From an uncultured Nitrososphaerota archaeon (GTDB lineage: Archaea; Thermoproteota; Nitrososphaeria; Nitrososphaerales; CADDZS01), in contig CAWCYI010000006.1 of assembly GCA_963799845.1 (NCBI GenBank), positions 32,001-96,000 of the forward strand: DNA of 64,000 bases, in the 5' to 3' direction. The position numbers and the translations under genes are program-made. The notes under the pieces were generated by a model that was not told the origin of the DNA, searched no databases, and was given only the letters and a program-made list of their open reading frames with translations. Shown here piece by piece: positions 31,001-41,028 of the stretch; within the stretch, counting starts at the first letter, position 1, and each line of letters opens with the position of its first letter.

Positions 31001-31342
31001 TACATCAAGGCTAGACCTTGGAAGGAGCTTCTTATTTCTTGTCTATGTAGAATTAGGAAGAAATGTTGTCAAAAGGCGTTTAAGCGACTCATATCTCCAA
31101 GAGGGCCCGTTGGTGATTGAATACTCCTTTAGGCCAATCCATTGCATTAGCATTCTTATAAGAAATTACTGATAGCTTCTCCGAAAGAAATAGGCCCCCG
31201 TTTCGCAACCGAGAGACATAGGCGCTTGAATATTCTACCGTGAGTGGGTCAAACACGATCTTATTTTTGCAATAAGTCGATGGGCAGTATAACAAAATAA
31301 TTCCTGCCATAGAAATTTGTTCATTGGGAATTGGTCTAACAG

Positions 31343-32392
31343 TTGTCCCTGATCGGAAAAATTTCTCTTATCAAACAATTATTTCGCTCCATAGTCAACA
31401 AGGTTAGGCTGGGGGACTATTGGAGGAGCATCTGGAAGAAGCATGGCTATGGGTCAAGAAAGCTTTCAGAGGAAAAGGTGGTGTGGGTGGTCAAGGCTAG
31501 AGAGAGCGGCCTTGCAGCCAGGGATATCGCATCAACCCAGAACATCACCGTGAGAAGAGTGGAGCAGCTTTATGCCCAATACAGGGAATCCGGAGAGATA
31601 CCATCTCTCAAGAAGGCAGGCAGAAAAAGAATCGAGATCCCAATTGAGGAGAGGAATGCGATCATCGAAGCTTCAAGGAAGTTTGGCGTCGGAGCCTGCT
31701 ACCTCGTTTCAATCCTCAAGAGAGATTACGGCATCGATGAAACAAACCACATGCGAGTCTATAGCGTATTGAAGGAGGAAGGATTGTTGTACAATACAGC
31801 AAGGACGCGCTTCAAGCGCAAGTGGATCAGATATGAAAGGGAGCATTCCAATTCGTTGTGGCACGTCGATTGGCACGAGATGAAATCGTCAGTATACAGG
31901 GGCAAGTGGCTGGTAATCTACGAGGATGACGCATCGAGGTACATCCTGGGTTATGGCGTGTTTGACTCTCCGTCGTCTGAAAATGCAGTGAGCGTCCTGA
32001 AGGAAGCGATCAGGGAACATGGCAGACCAGCATCAATCCTCTCAGACAGAGGTACATCCTTCTATGCGGTCGAAGCTGAAACAAAAACGAAAGGTCTCAC
32101 TGAATTCGAGCTCTATCTGATGAGGAATCACATCAAACATATTCTTTCAAGAGTGAGACATCCCCAAACCAATGGAAAATTGGAGAAGCTCTTTGATACG
32201 GTTGAAAGAGGACTCGCGAAGGGATTCTCTCCGATTGAGGAGTGCGTACGCTGGTACAACTGCATCAAGCCCCACGGAGCCCTTGATCTGGAGAGAGCTG
32301 AAACTCCACTGGAAGCCTACTACAGGAAGATGGAAATAAAAGAGGAACTCATAGATCCTTCAATCATGTGGGAGAGCGAAATGATTCTTTGA
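31343..32392 (+). CDS. IS481/rve-type DDE transposase (true start lies inside the element)
   Basis: HTH, then RYEREHSNSLWHVDW, EDDASR, SDRG, HPQTNGKLEK. Confidence 0.92.
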   Translation: MSLIGKISLIKQLFRSIVNKVRLGDYWRSIWKKHGYGSRKLSEEKVVWVVKARESGLAARDIASTQNITVRRVEQLYAQYRESGEIPSLKKAGRKRIEIPIEERNAIIEASRKFGVGACYLVSILKRDYGIDETNHMRVYSVLKEEGLLYNTARTRFKRKWIRYEREHSNSLWHVDWHEMKSSVYRGKWLVIYEDDASRYILGYGVFDSPSSENAVSVLKEAIREHGRPASILSDRGTSFYAVEAETKTKGLTEFELYLMRNHIKHILSRVRHPQTNGKLEKLFDTVERGLAKGFSPIEECVRWYNCIKPHGALDLERAETPLEAYYRKMEIKEELIDPSIMWESEMIL

Positions 32393-32399
32393 TAGAACA
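31364..32399 (+). mobile_element. IS481-family insertion sequence, 1036 bp, 15-bp target duplication
   Basis: Imperfect ~27-bp TIRs (TCTCTTATCAAACAATTATTTCGCTC versus TGTTCTATCAAAGAATCATTTCGCTC). CTGATCGGAAAAATT occurs at 31349-31363 and 32400-32414. Confidence 0.92.
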
Positions 32400-32451
32400 C
32401 TGATCGGAAAAATTCGTAAAACCTAATAGATAGCCGATCGAGAAACTCTTC

Positions 32452-32742
32452 ATGCCGTTATATGTAACCCTCTTCAAATTCACCGAGCAAGGAAGAAAGA
32501 CGATCAAGGATTCTCCAAAGCGCGTCCGCGAAGCCTCTGCCGCGATTGAAAAAATGGGAGGCAAAGTCTTGCGAGTCGTGTATACTACAGGGCAGTATGA
32601 TCTAGTCGCATTTGTAGAGGGAAGCGAGGAGTTGGCTCTTACATTTGCCGCAGGAACGGCTTCGTTAGGGAACGTCGTCGGTGAAACCCTCCACGCATAT
32701 TCGATCGAAGAGTTTGAAAAGGCGCTGAGCAAAATCTCCTAG
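32452..32742 (+). CDS. GYD domain protein
   Basis: YVTLFKFTEQG...SPKR...GQYDLV...GNV..ETL. Confidence 0.88.
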   Translation: MPLYVTLFKFTEQGRKTIKDSPKRVREASAAIEKMGGKVLRVVYTTGQYDLVAFVEGSEELALTFAAGTASLGNVVGETLHAYSIEEFEKALSKIS

Positions 32743-32864
32743 CGCAACGAGAGTACCAATTTTCGATCCCTGACCACATCAATATTTCATTCCCGATCGA
32801 ATCCGGTAGAAAACAATTCTTTCCTGATGTCTAATTCCGGAGAATGCGCGGGATAAGTTAGTAG

Positions 32865-33254
32865 TTGAAAGCAAGTCGAGTTTTGCTCTCAATCCTTTTC
32901 GTATATATTTTCGCAGAAGTTTTTTTGAACTTCTCGCTCCTGGGAAGTGTGTTTGATATCGTCCATCAAGCCCCATTTTTTCAGGGAGTAATTCTAAATT
33001 TCTTTTACTGGAATCTAGGAAATGTTATCCTTGTCGTGATTACGGTATCTGTAATGTTTGTCGAGAAAGAACAGACCCTCTGGCGGAAAAAGACGATTTC
33101 ATCAGTCGAAAACTGGCCACGGAGAAGTACTACCGCGGAGCAGAGAATCTCTCTTTTATTAGATCATCTCGGTGAAGTCATTTTTTCTCCTCGTGAATGT
33201 TCATTCACCCTTCGAGAAATTTTCAATGATGGTAGTTTTGATGCTTATTCCTAG
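32865..33254 (+). CDS. Possible small membrane protein
   Basis: Two hydrophobic segments; the 3' end overlaps the convergent gene. Confidence 0.35.
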   Translation: MKASRVLLSILFVYIFAEVFLNFSLLGSVFDIVHQAPFFQGVILNFFYWNLGNVILVVITVSVMFVEKEQTLWRKKTISSVENWPRRSTTAEQRISLLLDHLGEVIFSPRECSFTLREIFNDGSFDAYS

Positions 33255-33959
33255 AACAATTTCTGACCTGTGGATCCGCATCTTGACCAGATCCCTATAT
33301 TTTTCCATGATTCTCCTTTCATTTTCGTTCTGGATCAAGAAAAATATCTCGATCACCCCAAGCTCGCTCACCGCGATCTCTATGTCGTCGAGCAATTCAA
33401 CGCTGTATCCCAAAATCGCGTAGGTCGAATATCGTTCTGTCCCGGCTCGGTCAAAGAAAGATTTGTAGCCACCGAAGACGGGCTTCGAAACGATCAGGTA
33501 ATACCCTGCTTTCCGCTGCTCCATCATCATTGGGAGTATCCCAAGAGTGCGCAGTTTGAGCATTTCAGAGTAAACCTTCGTTCCTTTGGCCATCCCCTCC
33601 ATCCTTTCCTTCTCGAGTTTCTCATTTACAGAGTCGAGCTCGACGGCAGTCTGTACTCTATTTTCAAATTGCCTTACAAGATGGACGTAGATGTTTGGGG
33701 CGACTCTTTTCATTTCAAATAAATGATCGGTGACCAGTTTCATTGCCCCGCAATTGTCATGAGTGATAATTCTAATTTCTGCAAAATTATTCTCAAGCAA
33801 CAATCTGTCAATTGTGTTTTTCAATCCGAACACGTTCGCGCCGGCGTTAGAAATGATGACGGTTTCTACATTGTCGAATTCCTTCAGCTTCTCCACTAGG
33901 CGTCTATCCATACAAGTTACGATCAACCTTTTCGACAAACAGTTAGCTTGCTCTTTCAT
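33201..33959 (-). CDS. Divergent beta-carbonic-anhydrase-like protein with C-terminal extension
   Basis: TCMDRR (CxDxR), SNAG, THDNCGA (HxxC) zinc ligands. Confidence 0.7.
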   Translation of the reverse strand: MKEQANCLSKRLIVTCMDRRLVEKLKEFDNVETVIISNAGANVFGLKNTIDRLLLENNFAEIRIITHDNCGAMKLVTDHLFEMKRVAPNIYVHLVRQFENRVQTAVELDSVNEKLEKERMEGMAKGTKVYSEMLKLRTLGILPMMMEQRKAGYYLIVSKPVFGGYKSFFDRAGTERYSTYAILGYSVELLDDIEIAVSELGVIEIFFLIQNENERRIMEKYRDLVKMRIHRSEIVLGISIKTTIIENFSKGE

Positions 33960-34043
33960 CGTCCTTGTAAAATCTGCGATAGAATAGGCTTGAGTTGAAA
34001 AGTTCTGAAAAGTTGCTTCCTTCGGAAGCTAATGAGATTATCA

Positions 34044-34313
34044 TTATTGAGCAGGAATTTGAGGTGTTCCGCACTCGGGGCAGTAGCCAGCAAAACGTGG
34101 CATACTCGTCCCGCATCTCGCGCAGGATTTTGATTGAGTATTCTGAGTTCCAGCTTGAACAGGAATAGCCGCTTGATTCTGAATCTTGCTCTTTGGGGCT
34201 TTCCTTCTTTCAAGAAACTGAAGACTGCCGTAAATTAGCAGGAAAAAGACCGAAAAGAATAGAACGAACAGAATCAGGATAGTTACAATGGGATGAGTCC
34301 CTATTACAGCCAT
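34044..34313 (-). CDS. Membrane-anchored zinc-ribbon protein
   Basis: TM helix then CARCG...YCPECG. Confidence 0.75.
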   Translation of the reverse strand: MAVIGTHPIVTILILFVLFFSVFFLLIYGSLQFLERRKAPKSKIQNQAAIPVQAGTQNTQSKSCARCGTSMPRFAGYCPECGTPQIPAQ

Positions 34314-34387
34314 GGGGAAATGTCAATAGACGAATTTGCGATTTAAGTTTTCATCGCGTACGACGAACAAGTTCGTAATTTTGGAGC

Positions 34388-35161
34388 TTACGCCATCGGG
34401 ATTGGCTCGGGCTCCTCGTCCGCGCCCTGAATCCAGCTGTAACCCAGCTCCTCAAGTTTGCTGGCCAGTTCCGGTCCACCAGATACAGCAATCTTTCCCT
34501 TTACGAGGACGTGCACAAACTGGGGCTTTACGTATCGCAAAATCCTCTGGTAGTGAGTAATCAAAAGGATTCCAATGTCGGAACTCTTGACCGAGTTTAT
34601 TCCATCGGAGACGAGCTTTAGGGCGTCGATGTCAAGCCCTGAGTCGGTTTCATCCAGAACCGCAAACTTGGGTCTCAGAACTGACAGCTGCACTACTTCC
34701 GCTTTCTTCTTTTCTCCGCCCGAAAATCCTTCATTGAGATATCTGGTGGCAAAGCTCCTCTCCATTCCGACGACCTCGAACTTGTCCTCTAAGAGTTTCC
34801 TGAAATCGCGGACGAGCATCGGTTCGTCCTTCCTCACCGCGTTGTAAGAAATTCTAAGAAAATTGGAAAGGCTGACCCCTGGTATCTCAAGGGGATACTG
34901 GAAGCCGAGAAACAGACCGTCTAGAGCCCTCTTGTTGGGAGGCAGGTCCTTGATGCTCTTTCCGTCGATTCTGATGTCTCCGGAAATCAACTTGTACTTC
35001 GGATGACCCATCAGAGTGTAGGCAAGCGTGCTCTTGCCAGATCCGTTCGGTCCCATGAAGGCGTGAATTTCGCCTGTCTTGACAGTCAGTGAGACTCCCT
35101 TCAGAATCTCCTTGTCCGCAATTCCCGCGTGAAGGTCGATAATTTCTAAACTGTGAACCAT
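34388..35161 (-). CDS. sufC: SufC ATPase
   Basis: MGPNGSGKSTL, FQYP, NEGFSGGEKK, DETDSGLDIDAL, ITHYQR. Confidence 0.97.
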   Translation of the reverse strand: MVHSLEIIDLHAGIADKEILKGVSLTVKTGEIHAFMGPNGSGKSTLAYTLMGHPKYKLISGDIRIDGKSIKDLPPNKRALDGLFLGFQYPLEIPGVSLSNFLRISYNAVRKDEPMLVRDFRKLLEDKFEVVGMERSFATRYLNEGFSGGEKKKAEVVQLSVLRPKFAVLDETDSGLDIDALKLVSDGINSVKSSDIGILLITHYQRILRYVKPQFVHVLVKGKIAVSGGPELASKLEELGYSWIQGADEEPEPIPMA

Positions 35162-35210
35162 TTTCTAAGACCAAAATCCGTGAAACCCCGCCGGTCTCAA
35201 AGGGAAAGAT

Positions 35211-35226
35211 TATGACGTATGTTATA
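35211..35226. promoter_or_regulatory. Operator-like site upstream of sufC, overlapping a TTTATAA TATA box (minus strand)
   Basis: Identical to 25878-25893. Confidence 0.75.
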
Positions 35227-35277
35227 AAGCCTTTTTGGGTCGCAACGGGCGAAAGTCTTCTTTCCTGAGAACCGGGA

Positions 35278-36135
35278 CTAGATGAATTCTTGGAATAGTT
35301 GCTGCGGATTCGCGACGCCGAGCTGTGCCTTGACGGGGTTTCCAAACTTCAGCGCTGGATCCTGTTCCTCGTATGTGGGCTTTTGGATCTCGTAAAACAG
35401 GCCAAGCGGAATCTTCGGATCCCACTCCCTCGACTTCGCAATCGCCAAGTCCATGCTAGAAGTGTTGTAATCAGGTCCGTTAAACTTGTAGCATTTCTGC
35501 CTGAAATAGTCGTAAGTGTCTAACTTATTCCATGTTACGCAGGGGCTAAAAACATCGACCAGGGAAAAGCCCTTGTGCTTTATCCCGTTCTCGATGAGTT
35601 CCGTCAGATGCTTCGGATCTCCCGAGAAACCGCGGGACACGTAAGAGGCACCAGCCGCCAGTGCCAGAGCGATAGGATTGATTGGCTCCTCGATAGTACC
35701 TTGAGGCGAGGATTTCGTCACGAAACCCCTCTGGCTCGTCGGCGAAGCCTGTCCCGTAGTCAGTCCATAGGTCTGGTTGTCCATCACGATGTAAGTAATG
35801 TCGAGATTTCTGCGCATCGCGTGTATGAAATGCCCCAAGCCGATTCCATAACCGTCGCCGTCCCCTCCGGTCACAACGACGTTCAAATCGGGATTGGCGA
35901 GTCTCGCTCCCGTCGCGATCGGCATTGCACGACCGTGAAGGCTGTGAAAACCGTACGCGTGGATGAATCCCGGAAGATTGCTCGAGCAACCGATTCCGGA
36001 AACGACGAAAAGATCCTTAGGATCGATGTTCAGGTTTGCAACGGCTTGGATGAGCGCGTTAAGCACTCCAAAGTCTCCACAACCCGGACACCAGTCAGGC
36101 CTCGTCTCACTCTTGTACTTTGATAATTCCATCAT
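35278..36135 (-). CDS. 2-oxoacid:ferredoxin oxidoreductase beta subunit
   Basis: WCPGCGD, SGIGCS, GGDGDG..IG, YGLTTGQASPT. Confidence 0.96.
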   Translation of the reverse strand: MMELSKYKSETRPDWCPGCGDFGVLNALIQAVANLNIDPKDLFVVSGIGCSSNLPGFIHAYGFHSLHGRAMPIATGARLANPDLNVVVTGGDGDGYGIGLGHFIHAMRRNLDITYIVMDNQTYGLTTGQASPTSQRGFVTKSSPQGTIEEPINPIALALAAGASYVSRGFSGDPKHLTELIENGIKHKGFSLVDVFSPCVTWNKLDTYDYFRQKCYKFNGPDYNTSSMDLAIAKSREWDPKIPLGLFYEIQKPTYEEQDPALKFGNPVKAQLGVANPQQLFQEFI

Positions 36136-37886
36136 TTTTTACCAACAACCGCTTTTGCTTTGTTCACAATTTCATAGACGTAAATCGGCTCGCCGTCATA
36201 CTTTACGAATTTGTCCTTTATTTCAAATCCGGTTTCAGCTCGGATCATCCTCGCCATCTGCGAGGTGTAGTTACACTCCACGTTAAGCAGCTTCTTTGCG
36301 CTTTTCAGTGTTGCCAATACTTCATCTGATTTGAACGGCATGATGTTACGGATAGCGAATACATTAGTCGGGATTCCCTCTTTCGTGAGTGTATCAGCTG
36401 CTTCGAGAGCCACGCCGAAGGTAGATCCCCAGCAGACGAGTGTTAACTCGGCATCAGGCGCGCCGTAAATCTTGGGGGCAGCAATTTCGTTTCTCGCGAC
36501 TTCCATCTTTTTCATCCTCTTCTCCATCTGTCTTTCTCTCTCCTTCACGTACTTTGGAAGACCGGATAGAACGTCGCTCACCACCACTCCGCTTTCCATG
36601 TGTTCGTCGCTAGCGGCGACAAAGACTGTACCTGCCATGCCAGGGATCGCCCTGGGAGAGACTCCGGTTTCAGTAATTTTGAATCGCTGGTACGGCTCGG
36701 ATGGTGCAGTAGTAAGAAGGTCTCCTCGATCAATTACGATGTTGGGATTGAGGTCGTCAACTGTCTCAATGTGCTCCGATAGCAGCAGATCGCTCGCAAC
36801 TATTACCGGGCACTGGAATCTTTCGGCGAGATTGAACGCCTCGATCATGGCGTAATACGCGTCTTCCACGTTAAACGGAGCAAGCACTATCCTCGGAAAA
36901 TCTCCCTGTGATGCGCCCGTGATCATGTTGAGGTCCCCCTGCTCAGTTTTCGTCGGAAGACCGGTAGAAGGTCCGGCTCTTTGCGATTCGATGATAACGA
37001 TTGGCGTCTCCGTCATTCCCGCCAATCCAAGAGCCTCGACCATCAGCGAAAAGCCCCCGCCTGAAGTTCCGACCATCGACCTGACTCCAGCGTGTGCAGC
37101 CCCGATGCCCATATTGATAACAGCGAGTTCATCCTCCGCCTGCTTAACGACCACTTTTTGCGATGCCGCGTGTGCTGCCATCCAGTGAAGAATTCCTGAA
37201 GCCGGAGTCATGGGGTACGCCGCGTAAAACTTGCATCCGGCCATAACTGCTCCGAGAGAGATTGCCTGATTGCCGGTCATCAAAAGTTTGGGACGCGGGT
37301 TTGCAGGAAGAACAAGCTTGACGTCGAGCTGGCCGTAGTTTGCTTTCGCAAAATCGAGCCCCGAACTAGCAGCCTTCGTATTGGCATCTATCACCGCCTG
37401 CTTTTTCTTGCCGAAAACGTCGGCAAGCACCTGCGAAAATACTTCAAAATTCAGGTCAAGCAGGAAAATGGTCGCCCCCAGCGCGACGGTGTTTTGCATG
37501 ATGGGATTCTTGTCGAACTTGCGCGCCATGTCGGCGAGAGGCATCGCCAGAAGTTTGACGCCTTCGGGCACGAGATTTGCATTAAACTTCACCTTGTCCT
37601 TATCGTAGATGATAACTCCTCCCTTCGTAACAAACGGGGCGTGGACCTCTGCGGTCTCGGAATTCAGCGCGATAAGAACGTCCAGATTGTCTCCCTGGCT
37701 TGTGACTTTATCCAGACTTGCACGAACCTGAAACCAGACGTGCCCCCCGCGGATCGCGGACTGGTAGCTATTCATACCGTAAACATGGAGACCGCTCCTT
37801 GAGCAGGTCCTAGCGAAGATTTCGCCGGTGGATGAGATACCGTCTCCCGCGGCGCCACCGATTCTAACGTTAAAGTCATTCCTCAA
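36132..37886 (-). CDS. 2-oxoacid:ferredoxin oxidoreductase alpha subunit (gamma-alpha fusion)
   Basis: GGAAGDG, IRGGH, YPMTP, QAEDE, RAGPSTGLPT. Confidence 0.96.
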   Translation of the reverse strand: MRNDFNVRIGGAAGDGISSTGEIFARTCSRSGLHVYGMNSYQSAIRGGHVWFQVRASLDKVTSQGDNLDVLIALNSETAEVHAPFVTKGGVIIYDKDKVKFNANLVPEGVKLLAMPLADMARKFDKNPIMQNTVALGATIFLLDLNFEVFSQVLADVFGKKKQAVIDANTKAASSGLDFAKANYGQLDVKLVLPANPRPKLLMTGNQAISLGAVMAGCKFYAAYPMTPASGILHWMAAHAASQKVVVKQAEDELAVINMGIGAAHAGVRSMVGTSGGGFSLMVEALGLAGMTETPIVIIESQRAGPSTGLPTKTEQGDLNMITGASQGDFPRIVLAPFNVEDAYYAMIEAFNLAERFQCPVIVASDLLLSEHIETVDDLNPNIVIDRGDLLTTAPSEPYQRFKITETGVSPRAIPGMAGTVFVAASDEHMESGVVVSDVLSGLPKYVKERERQMEKRMKKMEVARNEIAAPKIYGAPDAELTLVCWGSTFGVALEAADTLTKEGIPTNVFAIRNIMPFKSDEVLATLKSAKKLLNVECNYTSQMARMIRAETGFEIKDKFVKYDGEPIYVYEIVNKAKAVVGKK

Positions 37887-38227
37887 AATCGAATTTCTCC
37901 TCGGTTCGATACTATCGGAAAATTTCTCGCCTATAATCCTAACTGCATGATTTGGAGTTTATTGAAAAGAGAAAGAAAGATGACGTTTCGGAGAAGCACT
38001 GTCCTTGACTGGAAACCCATCGGAGCTATCCCAGATCAAACTATCCCCTTGTTGAAATCCGAGACTCGATAAAACACTCCTGGCGCTGCAATTTTTTTTC
38101 GAAGTCAATAGCTGTTGTCTTACGGAAAACTACGCTCTATAATATTGCAAATCGGAAAAATTCCATAAATGAAATCTCTGACAACGGCTAACTCGTCGTT
38201 CGCAACTCCCAGAGGAATTTAGCCGAA

Positions 38228-39143
38228 ATGATATTCAGCTCAAAGACCAAAACTTCGTCTCAGGATAGCCAGTACGTTCCGAACAGACTTGGCATGCCAA
38301 GAAACTCTACTATTCATAACGTTAGCGAATTTTTCGTTTACGGATCGAGAAGAGGGGATGATGACAATCCAGAGAGGATCTTGCAGATCTTCCGGGCTCA
38401 CAGAGCTAAGCTGCTATCCGCGTCGATCTATCCAGGGAACGACCCCGCATCCGAGTTTGTCGTCGATTGTGTTGTCGATACTTCAAAGATTGACTGTCAG
38501 CTCGACGATCAGAAAACACAGATTTGTAAAGAGGGCAGATAAGGTAAAGATGAGCGGAAGGACTTTTAGTAGCTTCCTCTTCCCTCTCCTTGTTTCAAAT
38601 AGCAGGCGCGCGGTAATCCTTGATGCAGATAGTCTTTTGGCAATGGAAATTTCCTTGACCATTATTGACGGTTCCCAGGCGAAGTCAGTCCAATCGATTC
38701 TTTTCGAACAGGGTCGCACGCAGGGACACAAAATAACTGAGGACCTGAAATCCGACGCGGTTCCGAAGGAAAAGCAAAACGAGTACATGACAGAGGCGAT
38801 AAAGGCGTACATGCGTGCATCGGGCTGGGGTATCTTTGGTTCAAACCTAGACAGAGACGTCTACCAAGTAAACGTGACCGAGCCACCGTTCATAGAGACA
38901 AAAGGCTCATATTACGCAGGAGGAATCTATCTTAAGGGGTTGATTGCAGGATTGTTAGAATCAAAATCCGACACCGGATTCAGACTGGCAGTCAATCACG
39001 AATCATACAGCAAGGAAAAAAAGATTCTCTCGCTTTACTTCGCAAAAGAATCAGCTGTAAGCGAGTCAGTTTCTGCGAAAGCAGTTGAATCTGAAGAGAT
39101 GCAGTTGCGGGAGACGAATGAAGCAATTCTCGCGGAAGGCTAG
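38228..39143 (+). pseudogene. ACT-like plus V4R-like ligand-binding protein, frameshifted near 38510
   Basis: ORF 38228-38542 resembles an ACT fold. ORF to 39143 has LFP...RAVIL, LFEQG, ASGWG and YLKGLIAG, as in V4R-type domains. Confidence 0.55.
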
Positions 39144-39405
39144 TTGCAGGACGAGCTTACTGATTCAAAGCCGTTCACGATTACGGGAGTAAATCACTAG
39201 AGAATCAGCCACTTGTCTCAAAACTCTCTACAAAATTTAAGAAAGCATCAGATGGAGACACTCTAAGTCTCTTGAGTTCGCCTCCTTGCTTCAGGTCTGA
39301 TCCAAGATGTCCTTCAGCGATGGAAATTTGTAAAACGATTGAACCCGAGTTCGTTGGCGTCGGCAATGTCCTACTAGCCAACGGCCTTTTTGGAAAAGGA
39401 GACAA

Positions 39406-39861
39406 ATGAGCGAATTAGAGTTGGTCGTAAGACCAACGGTCCAAAAATCACTAGTCAAGGGGCTCACTGCAATAGGGATCTTTTCTCTTTTCTTGCAAGT
39501 TAATATTTCCAACCTCGGAAATTATTTCATTTTTGTCGCAATCTCGTTGACTCTGGTCCTCGGATACATGGGAATGAAACGGTCAACGCGGTACATGATA
39601 AACGATAAGGGGGTTTCAATTATTCCATTTTTTCGGGCAGAGAAAACCATCTCCTACACCGATATCGTTGAAATGTCAGTTTCACAAGGAATCCTCGCGA
39701 AAAGATTTGGATGCGGAACAATTTTCTTACAGTTAGGTCAAAAGAAGGGTAGCTACATCGCAATTGGTCGTGGGATGGCAGAGGTATTGAAGGACGTCAA
39801 GAATCCAACGGGGATATACGACCGCATCACGTCCGCGATGAGTCCGTACTATATGTCTTGA
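39406..39861 (+). CDS. Membrane protein with bacterial PH (bPH_2-like) domain
   Basis: Two TMs, then TRYMI...SQGILAKRFGCGTI...LKDVKNP. Confidence 0.75.
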   Translation: MSELELVVRPTVQKSLVKGLTAIGIFSLFLQVNISNLGNYFIFVAISLTLVLGYMGMKRSTRYMINDKGVSIIPFFRAEKTISYTDIVEMSVSQGILAKRFGCGTIFLQLGQKKGSYIAIGRGMAEVLKDVKNPTGIYDRITSAMSPYYMS

Positions 39862-39956
39862 AAGAAGCGTCTGTTCCCTGCGGTTGAGGAAAAAATGGAA
39901 AAGGATATTAGTCGTGCGAACCCTCCGTTCAAATTCAAAGTAGTCATCATGTCCCC

Positions 39957-41021
39957 TTGCGTTCCCGTTCGTCCCTACTTAGATTCATAATAAAGCGGAT
40001 ACTCCTCAGCATTCCCGTTCTGCTGGGAGTAGTTTTACTTACTTTCATAATTTCGAGAGTCGTTGTGCCAAATCCTGCTCGCACTTGGGCGGGGATCAAG
40101 GCATCTCAAAGTTACGTGAACGAGCTTACCATAAGATACCATTTCAATGATCCTCTCTGGGTCCAGTTCTATTACTATGTTCGTGGTTACCTCTCCGGAG
40201 ACTGGGGCATCTCTCCCACCTCCCAGCAGCCCGTGCTTCCGCAAATAGAGGCTTTCCTTCCAGCGACAATTGAGCTAACGCTCGTCGCGATAGTACTCAT
40301 CATCATATTTGGAATAACTCTCGGAGTGGTTGCTGCGATCAAGAAGGACAAATGGCCGGATCAGTTATCTAGACTCAGTGCTCTCGCCGGTGTATCCTCT
40401 CCACCGTTTTTAGGGGCGATCATTATTCTTCTGATTTTCTTTTTTTATCTTCACTGGTTTCCAGACGGGAGCAGACTCGATCCTGGATTGAGTCCTCCTT
40501 CCGGGATATCGTTTGCTCTCTTTGGCGCACATGTTTCACTTCCGCCTACCGGACTGTACGTTTTCGACAGCCTAGTGACCGGTAACTGGGTAGATCTTGT
40601 GAGCGCGATCCACCACATAATCCTGCCCGCTTTTGCGCTTGCAGTCACTTATTTCGGAATCACGACCAGGCTCGTGCGATCCGATATGCTTCGGGTACTG
40701 GGGGAGGACTACGTGAGGACAGCGAAGAGTAAAGGGTTGAGTCAGTCCGTTGTGATTTTCAAACACGCTCTTCGCAACGCGCTAATCCCCGCCACGACCA
40801 TCATTGCCCTGAACTTCGCAACTCTCCTAGGTGGAACCGTCGTGATTGAAGACATATTCAACTGGCCCGGAATAGGCAGGTTCACCGTCCAGGCTCTTGA
40901 GAATCTCGATTATCCGACAATAATCGGAACCACGCTCGTGTTCGCCGTCGGAGTCGTCGCGGTGAATCTCATTGCGGACGTACTGTATGCGGTCTTTGAC
41001 CCGAGAATAGAACCGGAGTAG
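39957..41021 (+). CDS. Dpp/Opp-family ABC permease B
   Basis: PATIEL, DYVRTAKSKGL, HALRNA, IFNWPGIG. Confidence 0.95.
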   Translation: MRSRSSLLRFIIKRILLSIPVLLGVVLLTFIISRVVVPNPARTWAGIKASQSYVNELTIRYHFNDPLWVQFYYYVRGYLSGDWGISPTSQQPVLPQIEAFLPATIELTLVAIVLIIIFGITLGVVAAIKKDKWPDQLSRLSALAGVSSPPFLGAIIILLIFFFYLHWFPDGSRLDPGLSPPSGISFALFGAHVSLPPTGLYVFDSLVTGNWVDLVSAIHHIILPAFALAVTYFGITTRLVRSDMLRVLGEDYVRTAKSKGLSQSVVIFKHALRNALIPATTIIALNFATLLGGTVVIEDIFNWPGIGRFTVQALENLDYPTIIGTTLVFAVGVVAVNLIADVLYAVFDPRIEPE

Positions 41022-41028
41022 TGAACCC

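Larger units (their letters stand above)
26974..32775. repeat. Five intergenic (GG)TCAGGGAT(C)-core sites inside the island
   Basis: Plus strand at 26974, 27335 and 27389; minus strand at 29675-29684 and 32762-32775. Confidence 0.6.
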
